DNA of 59,257 nt from Octopus bimaculoides (taxonomy: Eukaryota), in the NCBI RefSeq assembly GCF_001194135.2, contig NC_069004.1:30785575-30844831 (forward strand), read 5' to 3'. This document shows positions 36,538-48,800 of this stretch, in pieces. Each line of letters begins with the position of its first letter. Within the stretch, counting starts at the first letter, position 1. The notes beneath the pieces were generated by a model, which was not told where the DNA came from, searched no databases, and saw nothing but the letters and a program-made list of their open reading frames with translations. The translations under genes were made by a program, and so were the position numbers.

Positions 36538-38861
36538 NNNNNNNNNNNNNNNNNNNNNNNNNNNNNNNNNNNNNNNNNNNNNNNNNNNNNNNNNNNNNNN
36601 NNNNNNNNNNNNNNNNNNNNNNNNNNNNNNNNNNNNNNNNNNNNNNNNNNNNNNNNNNNNNNNNNNNNNNNNNNNNNNNNNNNNNNNNNNNNNNNNNNNN
36701 NNNNNNNNNNNNNNNNNNNNNNNNNNNNNNNNNNNNNNNNNNNNNNNNNNNNNNNNNNNNNNNNNNNNNNNNNNNNNNNNNNNNNNNNNNNNNNNNNNNN
36801 NNNNNNNNNNNNNNNNNNNNNNNNNNNNNNNNNNNNNNNNNNNNNNNNNNNNNNNNNNNNNNNNNNNNNNNNNNNNNNNNNNNNNNNNNNNNNNNNNNNN
36901 NNNNNNNNNNNNNNNNNNNNNNNNNNNNNNNNNNNNNNNNNNNNNNNNNNNNNNNNNNNNNNNNNNNNNNNNNNNNNNNNNNNNNNNNNNNNNNNNNNNN
37001 NNNNNNNNNNNNNNNNNNNNNNNNNNNNNNNNNNNNNNNNNNNNNNNNNNNNNNNNNNNNNNNNNNNNNNNNNNNNNTGATGGTGATGGTGATGAAGGCT
37101 GTGGTGGTGGTGGTGGTGGTGGTGGTGGTGGTAGTGGTGGTGGTGGTGATAGGAGGTAAAGTAAAGAGTGTGTATAATGACATATAGCTGTGGAATGTGA
37201 CATAGAATGTTCTAGATCAATAGATTCAACTAGATATTACTGTGTATATATGTGTGTGTGTGTGTGAGAGAGAGAGTGTGTGTGTGTGAGTGTGTGAGTG
37301 TGTGAGTGTGTGTGGTTGTCTGTGCGTATCATTAGGCTGTTAATGGCTCTATTTTTGACAATATTACTTCGCACATAAATACATACATACATACACACAT
37401 ACATATATATATATACATGTGGACGGACATACAAGCATTACTTTACGTAAATGGAAGCTCCGCAACATACACACACACACATACACGCACATACACACAC
37501 ATAAACACATTCACACATACTTAAACATTCGCATCTACGCAAACACGCTTCCATAGGTATGCATACATACAAGTATACGTACATACATACATACATACAT
37601 ACATACATACATACATACATTCACACACACACACATACACTCAAACATTCCCATGTATGCAAATACACATATATACATACGTATGTATATATAAATATAT
37701 ATAGATATTCGTGGCACACATATATATACACACACACATGCATTATGCAGAAACGTACAGGGTCAGTCTCATACACNNNNNNNNNNNNNNNNNNNNNNNN
37801 NNNNNNNNNNNNNNNNNNNNNNNNNNNNNNNNNNNNNNNNNNNNNNNNNNNNNNNNNNNNNNNNNNNNNNNNNNNNNNNNNNNNNNNNNNNNNNNNNNNN
37901 NNNNNNNNNNNNNNNNNNNNNNNNNNNNNNNNNNNNNNNNNNNNNNNNNNNNNNNNNNNNNNNNNNNNNNNNNNNNNNNNNNNNNNNNNNNNNNNNNNNN
38001 NNNNNNNNNNNNNNNNNNNNNNNNNNNNNNNNNNNNNNNNNNNNNNNNNNNNNNNNNNNNNNNNNNNNNNNNNNNNNNNNNNNNNNNNNNNNNNNNNNNN
38101 NNNNNNNNNNNNNNNNNNNNNNNNNNNNNNNNNNNNNNNNNNNNNNNNNNNNNNNNNNNNNNNNNNNNNNNNNNNNNNNNNNNNNNNNNNNNNNNNNNNN
38201 NNNNNNNNNNNNNNNNNNNNNNNNNNNNNNNNNNNNNNNNNNNNNNNNNNNNNNNNNNNNNNNNNNNNNNNNNNNNNNNNNNNNNNNNNNNNNNNNNNNN
38301 NNNNNNNNNNNNNNNNNNNNNNNNNNNNNNNNNNNNNNNNNNNNNNNNNNNNNNNNNNNNNNNNNNNNNNNNNNNNGCTGGTATTTTTGGTGGTTATCGT
38401 ACAGTGGTATTCCGACATGACGGTGTTGCTGGTGTTGCAGCGATGTGGTGTGAAATTGGTGGCGTTGGTGGTGATGATGGTGGTGGTGGTGGTGGTGGTG
38501 GTGTTTACGATGACGATGACAAAGAGGATGTATTATGGAGGGTTTGGGGAGAAGAATATTTACAAGAGGATAGGAGGAAAAGGATACTTATATCAAATCA
38601 CTTCATAGTCGAGATACAATGTTTTAACTTGCGTACTCTCGAATGCAAACTCCCGCGCTTGAAATATTTTCCCAGCAAATCTGATTACTGCAACCCTAAA
38701 AACAGATTATTTTCGTTATTACACCAACGTGTTACGGAACATCGTCACCTTTTTCTGAATGACAAAGAAGACTAAAGCAACGCCGAAGAAACAACACACA
38801 TGTACATTCGAAAAGACACATACATACATACATACATACATACATACATACATACATACAT

Positions 38862-39114
38862 GTTACGCTTGTAATTATTGGGGACCTGGGATATGTAACA
38901 CACTGTCTAAATACCAATCTGGAGAAATTAGGCTTCTCAAAACCAGAAAGGAGAAAGCTGATTCGAAGACTACAGATCCGATCCATCACTGGAACTGTAA
39001 AAATCTGTAAAACTTTCCAGAATTTTATCTTTAAATATATATGAGCATGTCTAGATATGTAACTATATGCATGAGAATACATACATAAAAGATACAAATC
39101 TGCACATACATACA

Positions 39115-39149
<35 letters not shown>

Positions 39150-39250
39150 CCTGTTGATGTTGAAATTCCGGTGAAAGAGCCTTGGATCTAGGTTAGAAAC
39201 CGGTTCTTACTCTATTGGCAAGGAATCTTAAAATAAACTGAATAATGACA
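38862..39250 (+). mobile_element. 5'-truncated RLE retrotransposon 3' end (CATA-associated family)
   Basis: VIIGDLGYVTHCLNTNLEKLGFSKPERRKLIRRLQIRSITGTVKICKTFQNFIF; 3'UTR with internal (CATA)n; (CATA)n at both flanks. Confidence 0.9.
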
Positions 39251-39954
39251 CACATGCATACATACATGCATACATACATACATACATACATGCATACATA
39301 CATACATACATACATACATACATACATACATACATGATGATTGCTCCATCTTGTCAGACGATAGCCGTCTCACATTCTGGAGATGATAATGAGACATTTG
39401 TATCTCACTGGCTTAAAGTGTCAAAAGTTTGTCCAACACATTTACCACTCTCTCAATATCCATAACAGATTCCAGTAAAAAAAAAAACATTCTAAAATGA
39501 CTGGTGCTATCTTGGCTGAAAGTTTTATACCAGAGTCTAGTTCTCCTAGAAGAGCTGCCTTCCCCATTTTTAAGTCAGAAAATAACGGGAGCTTCCTCTA
39601 CAGACGCGATCCCGGGAATTTTTCGAAAAGAGGCACAAGATCAGAAGGGAATACAATTCCAGGAAAGAAGGCCATAATGACATTATTTAGAAAGGCGTAC
39701 TTGTTTTCTTGGGTGGGGGCATGTGCCCCTCAGCACCACTCCTCTTAGGTCTGCCTCTGCTCTACCTTTGGGAAATCTATTCAACAGATGGGACCCTGAC
39801 AGGTACTACAGTTCTGGGTTCGAACCGATGCGGGAATAATGGTAATTAAGGGGTCATTCCACGTTCTCAAAACTCCGGAACACCGAAACTGGAGTCTCGC
39901 CACTGGATGCAGTTTAATGTTATAGACAGGACAATATACGTACCTGCATACATA

Positions 39955-40190
39955 CGTAACTGGTACTCCGTCGGTTACGAAGACGAGGGTTCCAGCTGAT
40001 CCGATCAATGAAACAGCGTGCTCGTGAAATTAACGTGCGAGTGGCTGAGCACTCCACAGACATTCGTATAACCTTAACTTTGTTCTCGGGGAGACTCAGC
40101 GTGAGGCAGAGTGTGACGAGGCTGGCCCTTTGAAATACAGGTACCACTCATTTTTGCCAACGGAGTGGACTGGAGCAACGTGAAATAAAA
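39955..40190 (-). mobile_element. SINE-C 3' two-thirds (type 1 tail)
   Basis: ACTGGTACTCCGTCGGTTACGA.GACGAGGGTTCCAG.TGATCCGATCAA...GAGTGGACTGGAGCAACGTGAAATAAA. Confidence 0.88.
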
Positions 40191-40212
40191 CCATACATAC
40201 GCACGCACGCAC

Positions 40213-40320
40213 ACACAAACACACACATACATACAGTACCGGATTTACCATTGTGCTTGGGTGTGCTTAAGCACAGAGCCCTATTAACCAGGGGCACTAT
40301 AAGGAGCCCCTGATCAACGG
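40213..40320. mobile_element. Possible hAT-type MITE remnant
   Basis: CAGTACCGGATTTACC...GCTTAAGCACAGAGCCC start resembles small hAT MITE termini; the second end is not clear. Confidence 0.35.
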
Positions 40321-40937
40321 CACCCTATCCAAGTAAGGGACCTCACAGCTTAACTAGAATATGGCCTCATTTGTCCTAAATCCGACACTACATATATACA
40401 TACATATATGCAGACATACAGCCAGACAGACAAATAGACAGCACTTAGCAACAAAAGCAAGACATTCATTCATAACTATAATGCGTGCGCATGAACATGA
40501 ACACATACTCGTATAAACACACGCGCAGACAGACTTCTCTCGAAACAAACTACCGAAATAACTTCGTTTAAAATGTCAGCTGAATCTAGGCTTTCGTTTT
40601 ACGTTTCGCAATTATATTCTTACTCTTTTATTTATTTATTTTTTCACTTGTTTCAGTCATTTGACTACGGCCATGATGGAGCACCGCCTTAATTTGTCAA
40701 ATTCATGAATGTAAAATATACTTATTATGTTTGTTAATATATATGCAGAGACAGACAGACAGTCAGAGAAAGGAATAGATAGAGCGAGCGTGTGAGAGAG
40801 AAATATATATATGCGATTGCATATACATGCGTGTGTGTGTGTGTGTGTGTGTCTGTGTGTGTGTGTGTACGTACTCACACACGTGTCTATTTTTGCTTCT
40901 TTAATTAATATTCTGTCTTTGTTTTGCTTGTTTCCAG

Positions 40938-41036
40938 GAAGCGTGGAGAGGACTCTATGATTTAATACAGAGCTGGGTCTCACAGTACCGATCATCAAAA
41001 CACAGCGCCGACAAGCAAGCAAATCTCCAGATTTAG
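40938..41036 (+). CDS. Candidate terminal coding exon EAWRGLYDLIQSWVSQYRSSKHSADKQANLQI*, globin H-helix-like
   Basis: Very strong acceptor ATTCTGTCTTTGTTTTGCTTGTTTCCAG|G; phase-0 frame open for 32 codons to TAG while the other two frames stop within 10 codons; AW-x2-L-x2-LI-x-S-x-V pattern. Confidence 0.45.
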   Translation, partial: EAWRGLYDLIQSWVSQYRSSKHSADKQANLQI

Positions 41037-41344
41037 GTCAGTTTGCACACTCACACACACAAACACCATACATATATATATATATATGTATATATAAATG
41101 TACATACGTATATGTAGTGTGTGGACTTGTGTGAATGTGTGTACTACAGATACCCAACAGAACCTGAGAGAGCAGCGCCAGTATGATCACTTAGTGATTC
41201 ATGTAAGTACAAAACGAAGTTTATTTCTGTAACGAAACAACAACCTACCACTGATGCTGCAGCAGTAGAGTGCTGTTTACTTTATTTTATTGTTTTTGCT
41301 TCTTTTTTTTTTTGTCATTTTATTCTTGCTGCAGACCTCTGGTC

Positions 41345-41510
41345 AAGAGTGTGACAATCTAATCATACCCATCCAGTATGGTATTTAACCATACATTATC
41401 CAGTGTACTCTGTCTTTCATATTTTAAAACCCCTCTAGCAATGGTTTCTTGTGTTTCTGGGACCTCGTCACCTTTCTCCTCTCTGGACTTAAAGTACCCG
41501 TCACTCTTGT
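41345..41510 (-). mobile_element. Decayed RTE-like LINE 3' end
   Basis: Frameshifted PERRK..GPRNT...MKDRVHW resembles RTE PEG.R.RGRPRNTW...A.DR..W. Confidence 0.4.
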
Positions 41511-41529
41511 CTTACTACATTTACCGTAC

Positions 41530-41848
41530 TAACACTTCACCGGTTACGACGACGAGTGGGTCCAGTTGATCCGATCAACAGAACAGCCTGCTCGTGAAAT
41601 TAACGCGCAAGTGGCTGAGTACTCTACAGACAGGCGTTCCCTTAACGTAGTTCTCAGGGAGATTCAGCGTGACACAGGATGTGACAAGGCTGGCCTTTTG
41701 AATTACAGGTATTGTTTATTTCTGCCAGCTGAGTGGACTGGGGCAATGTGAAAATAAAGTGTCATGCTCAAAGGCACAACGCGCTGCTAGTAATCGATCT
41801 CACGACCTTACGATCGCGAGCCGAAAACCCTAACCACTAAGCCGTGCG
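41530..41848 (-). mobile_element. SINE-C, full length (type 1 tail)
   Basis: Reverse complement of the 48476-48800 structure. Confidence 0.9.
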
Positions 41849-41974
41849 CCTTAAGCTTCAAAGAGTATAATCATGACACTCGTAACTACAATCACCAACA
41901 CCTTTGGCCTGTGCGCCTTAACAAGGGCCTGCCGTAACCTTGTCTCTCGGAACCGCTTCATTCCCCTACGAAGG

Positions 41975-42125
41975 CATGTGACCAAGTGGTAAACGTGTTG
42001 CACTCATGATCGTAAGATCATGGTTTCAATACCTGGACCGAGTCGTGCCTTGTATTCCTGAGTAAAACATTTCATTTCACATTGCTCCAGTCCGCTTAGC
42101 CGTAAATCGGTAATTTTGTGACCGT
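41975..42125 (+). mobile_element. SINE-C 5' part, degenerate
   Basis: GGCATGTGACCAAGTGGTAAACGTGTTGCACTCATGATCGTAAGATCATGGTTTCAAT...TTTCACATTGCTCCAGTCC. Confidence 0.75.
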
Positions 42126-43209
42126 CACACATCCCGTTGAATACGAATGTCGTCATCTCGGCCACTAATATACCATAAAATCCGGGGAACCGGTCCTACG
42201 AGTCTTATAACTCAAAACAGAACATGTTCTTTACTTCGTTCCACTGAATTTCGGGGTTCTGGGAGATGTCGCAAGCAGTTCCGCAACGAATAGTCACAGT
42301 TCGGCTAATTATAAAATCTAATGCGTTTTTTACGACATTTTTACTTCTAATTCGATGTTAGAAGGAGAGTGGTTTAGTGGTTAGAGGTGTTGCACTCACG
42401 GTTGTGAAATCGTGGTTTCGATTTCCGAGCCGGACGCTGTAAAGAATTCCTTTTTTTTTTCCACTTGAGCTGAATTTAACGTTTCAGCCGTAATTCTCGG
42501 GGATAAATAGCAATGTTTGCGAAAAAAATGTGTTTTGGGAATACATCATTGCATATTTTACTTGCAAATCAGAACAGGATTCGATCCAAGGATTCGTTTC
42601 TATATCAACAAATCTTTGCAAAATATTCAAAGTGGTGTTTGAGTTGAATTCAAAGACTTAGACAAATGAGATACGACTAAGAATATATATATATATATAT
42701 ATATATATANNNNNNNNNNNNNNNNNNNNNNNNNNNNNNNNNNNNNNNNNNNNNNNNNNNNNNNNNNNNNNNNNNNNNNNNNNNNNNNNNNNNNNNNNNN
42801 NNNNNNNNNNNNNNNNNNNNNNNNNNNNNNNNNNNNNNNNNNNNNNNNNNNNNNNNNNNNNNNNNNNNNNNNNNNNNNNNNNNNNNNNNNNNNNNNNNNN
42901 NNNNNNNNNNNNNNNNNNNNNNNNNNNNNNNNNNNNNNNNNNNNNNNNNNNNNNNNNNNNNNNNNNNNNNNNNNNNNNNNNNNNNNNNNNNNNNNNNNNN
43001 NNNNNNNNNNNNNNNNNNNNNNNNNNNNNNNNNNNNNNNNNTATATATATATATATATGCACACATATATATGTATATATACATATACATACATGTATAT
43101 ATAGACATATACATAGATATATAGATAAAGAGAGGGGGAGGGGAGAAGACAAAGGGAAGAAGAGCGGGAGGGAGGGGAGAGAAAGAGAATGTACATGTAT
43201 ATGTTCACG

Positions 43210-43241
<32 letters not shown>

Positions 43242-43244
43242 CTT

Positions 43245-43287
<43 letters not shown>

Positions 43288-43791
43288 ATACATACAGAAG
43301 TATGTGTGCGTGTGTGACTGCGTACGTGCATACAGCTACATATAACTATATGCGTGTGTCTGTCTGTCTGTCTGTATGTATGTATGTATGTATGTATGTT
43401 GAAGGCACGATTGCATTGGAGTTTAATCTTTTTTAATTAAAGAATGTTTTCATTTTCCTTTATTACTTCTCAATGTTTGGAACAATAGCAATCCTTAATC
43501 TCTCTCATCACATTGCCGCCTCCTCTTCTAAAGAGAATGGTGACAACGTTGATGCATTGTTGTCACGTTTTGCAGTTAGCCGGGAGGGATCGTGGGAATA
43601 GCGCTACGAATGAAAAAAATCGTCATCGCCGGGTTTAAAGTCGTTTCGTTATTGTAATAGTTTATTTCAAATACGTGGCATTTCTTTACATTTTTTTGTT
43701 TATTTGTATGTTTTCTTTTTTTATTTTTACTTCTGTTCTTGGTCTGCGCGTGAACGTGTGTATGTATATATATACGTGCGTGTGTGTGTGT

Positions 43792-43876
<85 letters not shown>

Positions 43877-44299
43877 GAGAGAGTGGAAGAGAAAGAAACA
43901 GAGAGAGGGTGAGAGGGAGAAGTAGACAACAACAAGAAAGATATGAGGTAATTGAAAGAAGTGAAGGGGAGAGACAGAGAAAATGAAAGACGGTGTCTTT
44001 CATTTCGAGAGAAAAACAAACGGGTAGGGGAGATAGAGAAAAAAGATAAATGAGAAGAATAAATAGGGGATAAGGAGTGGAAATGAGGGGGCTGAAAGAA
44101 CGTGACTGGAATTGTTGGGAGAAAGAAGTAAGGAGAAACTGGAGGAGGAGGAAGAAGGTAGAGGATACCACCTGAATTGTACTTTACTTATAAAATACAT
44201 CTATAATACGGGTAACGATTTGGAAGGGAAATAACTCTTCTCTACTTAAATATATTCTTTATTATTTCCCTTGTTTCGATTCATCCCACGCAAATGCAC

Positions 44300-44338
<39 letters not shown>

Positions 44339-44780
44339 NNNNNNNNNNNNNNNNNNNNNNNNNNNNNNNNNNNNNNNNNNNNNNNNNNNNNNNNNNNNNN
44401 NNNNNNNNNNNNNNNNNNNNNNNNNNNNNNNNNNNNNNNNNNNNNNNNNNNNNNNNNNNNNNNNNNNNNNNNNNNNNNNNNNNNNNNNNNNNNNNNNNNN
44501 NNNNNNNNNNNNNNNNNNNNNNNNNNNNNNNNNNNNNNNNNNNNNNNNNNNNNNNNNNNNNNNNNNNNNNNNNNNNNNNNNNNNNNNNNNNNNNNNNNNN
44601 NNNNNNNNNNNNNNNNNNNNNNNNNNNNNNNNNNNNNNNNNNNNNNNNNNNNNNNNNNNNNNNNNNNNNNNNNNNNNNNNNNNNNNNNNNNNNNNNNNNN
44701 NNNNNNNNNNNNNNNNNNNNNNNNNNNNNNNNNNNNNNNNNNNNNNNNNNNNNNNNNNNNNNNNNNNNNNNNNNNNNNTA

Positions 44781-45830
44781 TATATGGTGTCTCAAAACAA
44801 TGTATACACAATTATTTATATTATATAAATAATTGTAAAATAGGTGTTTATTAAAATACATTTCATTTTCAAAATCTAATAGACTCTGCAGACATTATTT
44901 TAATGTTTTGTCAATGTCTGTTTTCAAACTGACGTCCTTTCTGGTCCAGGCGCTGCTGACAACGCGAAGCTAAGGAATTGCAGACATCATGAAACAATTC
45001 GTTTGGTATTTGTATGCATTCTCGTTCAATGGCTGCTCTCAAATCAGCGACTGTTGCAGGTTTTATAGTGTAGACTTTGCCTTTTAGGTATCCCCATAAA
45101 AAAGTCTAGTGGTCTGAGGTCTGGTGAACGCGGAGGGTATCCAACGAAACTCCTTCTTCCAATCCACCTGTTTGGCAAGATCTCATCAAAGAAGGATCTA
45201 ACATCGCGATGGTAGTGTGGGGGTGCCCCATCTTGCTAAAAACAAAACTCCTCATCTTCAAAGTCTTCTCTAATGCTTGGCATGACAGACTGTTGCAGCA
45301 AGATCAACTAAACGGGACTAGTCACAGTAGCATCAAAAGAGAATGGTCTAATTAATCCTCTTGATGATAAGCCACACCACACTGTAACTCCTGGTAAATT
45401 AACATGGTGCTCCACCATGTCATGCGGATTCTCAGGTCCCCAGTAGGTGCAGTTGTGGTGGTTAATTGAACCATTTAATTTGAATGTGGCCTCATCACTC
45501 CACACAACCTTTGTTGGAAAATGTGCATCTTCTACACATCGTGCCAAGTACCACTTGCAATACTGCACTCTTCGGTCTGGATCATCATCATTAATGGCAT
45601 GGATTAATCTTGGAACATAACTTCTCCATTGGCAACGCTTCAAAATGCGTTGGACTGACGATTTTGGAATACCTACGTCACAACTCGCTTGCTGCACAGA
45701 TTTTCTTGGACTTTGGTGATACGTTTCCAGCACTTCTTCTTGCTTTGTTGGGGGTGTCGATGTTCGTGGTCTTCCAGAACGCTTCTCGTGGACATTCTGA
45801 ACCCTTCCATCATTCGAACTCAGAAAGTAA
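44781..45830 (-). mobile_element. Decayed IS630-Tc1-mariner transposon, DD41D-type transposase pseudogene
   Basis: RSGRPRTST...[11 protein letters not shown]...N..YWG.ENPH...VWCGLS...QDGAPPHYH...RSPDLRPLDFF..GYLKGKVY...; 41 residues counted between the second and third catalytic D; stops and frameshifts; TIR-like GGTGTCTCAAAA at about 44785. Confidence 0.92.
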
Positions 45831-45996
45831 AGAGATGTAAGTTCATCTTTTTCCTGTTGCTCTACTAATTCTGCTACTATAATGAACGATTTCTTTTATC
45901 GGCTTCAAACTTATCTCTACTTCGAGCGATGGTAAGTCGCGTTGGTGGATCTGTCTGAAACTCACCTCCTTGTTATTGTTGTTGTTGTTGTTATTG

Positions 45997-46285
45997 TAGG
46001 CGGCGAGCTGGCAGAAGCGTTAGCACACCGGGAAAAATGCTTAGCACTTTTTCGCCCGTCTGTACGTTCTGAGTTCAAATTCCGCCGAGGTCGACTTTTC
46101 CTTTCATCCTTTCAGGATCGATAAATTAGATACCAGTTGTGAGTACTGGGGTCAATGTGATCGACTATCCCCCTTCCCACAAATTCCAGGTCTTGTGCCT
46201 GAAGTAGAAATTATTATTATTATTATTATTATCATTATTATTATTATCACTATTATTATTATTATTATTATTATCATTATTATTA

Positions 46286-46320
<35 letters not shown>
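45997..46320 (+). mobile_element. SINE-A with long (ATT)n tail
   Basis: Canonical head and body to about 46210, then (ATT/ATC)n. Confidence 0.92.
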
Positions 46321-46694
46321 TGAATAGTAAAGTAGCTGCAATTATGTGGTTCACTCTTTTAAAAAAATGATATTGATTTCTTTTGATCAGGGTATGAGGT
46401 CAAATTTTGTCTGAAAGTGGTGCTAAAATCGATGCATCCGTTCTTAAATATTGGCTTTTACCATAGCTTTCGATAAACGACAAAATCGTTTGTAGACATT
46501 CAATTTGATTGATAACAGACCGTGTCTCTCTATCCAGCAAACATCTGTACGTTGCCTAATATATCCACTGTTTCTATCTAGTCAACATCTTCACACTGCA
46601 TCTATCTATCTATCTAGTCAATATCTCTGTACACAGTGTCTGTCTCGCCAATCAACATCCACACACCGTATCCATCCAGTCAATATCTACAAAC

Positions 46695-46734
<40 letters not shown>

Positions 46735-47479
46735 NNNNNNNNNNNNNNNNNNNNNNNNNNNNNNNNNNNNNNNNNNNNNNNNNNNNNNNNNNNNNNNNNN
46801 NNNNNNNNNNNNNNNNNNNNNNNNNNNNNNNNNNNNNNNNNNNNNNNNNNNNNNNNNNNNNNNNNNNNNNNNNNNNNNNNNNNNNNNNNNNNNNNNNNNN
46901 NNNNNNNNNNNNNNNNNNNNNNNNNNNNNNNNNNNNNNNNNNNNNNNNNNNNNNNNNNNNNNNNNNNNNNNNNNNNNNNNNNNNNNNNNNNNNNNNNNNN
47001 NNNNNNNNNNNNNNNNNNNNNNNNNNNNNNNNNNNNNNNNNNNNNNNNNNNNNNNNNNNNNNNNNNNNNNNNNNNNNNNNNNNNNNNNNNNNNNNNNNNN
47101 NNNNNNNNNNNNNNNNNNNNNNNNNNNNNNNNNNNNNNNNNNNNNNNNNNNNNNNNNNNNNNNNNNNNNNNNNNNNNNNNNNNNNNNNNNNNNNNNNNNN
47201 NNNNNNNNNNNNNNNNNNNNNNNNNNNNNNNNNNNNNNNNNNNNNNNNNNNNNNNNNNNNNNNNNNNNNNNNNNNNNNNNNNNNNNNNNNNNNNNNNNNN
47301 NNNNNNNNNNNNNNNNNNNNNNNNNNNNNNNNNNNNNNNNNNNNNNNNNNNNNNNNNNNNNNNNNNNNNNNNNNNNNNNNNNNNNNNNNNNNNNNNNNNN
47401 NNNNNNNNNNNNNNNNNNNNNNNNNNNNNNNNNNNNNNNNNNNNNNNNNNNNNNNNNNNNNNNNNNNNNNNNNNNNNNC

Positions 47480-47590
47480 ATTTCGCCCGGTGTGCTAACG
47501 ATTCTTATTTCTTTATTGCCCACAAGGGGCTAAACATAGAGGGGACAAACAAGGACAGGCGTGCTAACGTTTCTGCCAGATCGTCGCCTT
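47480..47590 (-). mobile_element. SINE-A variant carrying a ~60-bp extra module
   Basis: Minus strand: head + TGTCCTTGTTTGTCCCCTCTATGTTTAGCCCCTTGTGGGCAATAAAGAAATAAGAA + TCGTTAGCAC..GGGCGAAATG; same junction at 52990-53070. Confidence 0.8.
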
Positions 47591-48475
47591 GCTCAACATC
47601 TATATACTGTCTATTCCACCAGAACACAACTTTGCACTGTGTTTTTACATCCTTTCAGCATCTATCTATCTATCTATTTATCTATCTATCTACCCATTTG
47701 TGTACCTATCTGTCTATCTATTTATCTATTTATCTGTCTGTCTATCTGTCTTTCTATCTATTTGTCTCTTTATTTATCTATCTGCACAGTTATCTATCTA
47801 ATTATTTATCGATTAAAAAAACTTGCTCGCAATGTTCACCTATTCACTCAACGTCTACACAATTCGTTTTTTACCGTAAATGTCTACACACTGTGCCTCC
47901 CTTAACTTTTAATCAACACCTACATACTGCATCTATCTATCTATCCAACCATCTATCTACCTACCTACCTACCTACCTACCTACTTACCTACCTGCCTGT
48001 GTCGGTCCATCAGCCTGTCTGTCTATCTATCTATCTATCTATCTTTCTATCTATCTATCTATCTATCTATCTATCGAGATAATATCCGCACGCTGTTCAT
48101 TTAATCAAACACCTTCCCCACTGTTTTTACAGCAAGCATTTACATATAATACTTCTTAATACATCTTCCTAATCAACATCTATACATTGAATCTATCACT
48201 AGTCACTCAACAGCTACGTAATGTGTCTATCGATCAAGTCAGCATGCACAGACTGTCTACATATACAGTCAACGTCTAATAACTGGATCTGTCCACTTAA
48301 CATCTACACACTGTGCCTATCCATCCAGTCAACATCTACATACTCTGTCAATCCTGTCAACATCTACATACTCTGTCGATCCTGTCAACATCTACATTCT
48401 ATGTCAATTCTGTCAACCTCTATACATTGTGTTTATCCAGTCTGTCCGCCCTCAGTGAGTATTTATTCATCGAGC

Positions 48476-48800
48476 GGGGGCACGTGGCTTAGTGGTTAGC
48501 GCATTCGGCTCATGATCATAAGGTCGTGAGTTCGATTCCCAGCAGCGCGTTGTGTCCTTGAGCAGGACGCTTTATTTCACGTTGCTTCATTCCACTCAAC
48601 TGGCAAAAATGAGTTGTACCTGTATTCCAAAGGGCCGACTTTGTCACATCTTGTGTCACGCTGAATCTCCCTCAGAGCTATGATGAGATTACGCGTGTTT
48701 GTGGAGTGCTCAGCCACTTGCACGTTGACTTTACGAGCGAGCTGTTCAGTTAATGAGATCAACTGGAACTTTTGCAGCCGTAACCAACGGAGTGCCAGCT
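48476..48800 (+). mobile_element. SINE-C, full length (type 1 tail), inserted in the minisatellite
   Basis: GGGGCACGTGGCTTAGTGGTTAG...GAGTTCGATTCC...GTGTCCTTGAGCA...GTAACCAACGGAGTGCCAG. Confidence 0.92.

Noticed and set aside
38377-38775. ~130-codon open frame after a gap (and a His-rich frame on the minus strand)
   Set aside because: Largely GGT/GAT triplet repeat, with no domain and no convincing splice signals.
41345-41510. Protein-like minus-strand frame YFKSREEKGDEVPETQETIARG...
   Set aside because: Bounded by stops; the frameshifted reading fits an RTE LINE 3' end.
43505-43610. Minus-strand acceptor followed by RYSHDPSRLTAKRDNNASTLSPFSLEEEAAM*
   Set aside because: The acceptor is good but there is no homology or partner exon; not distinguishable from chance.
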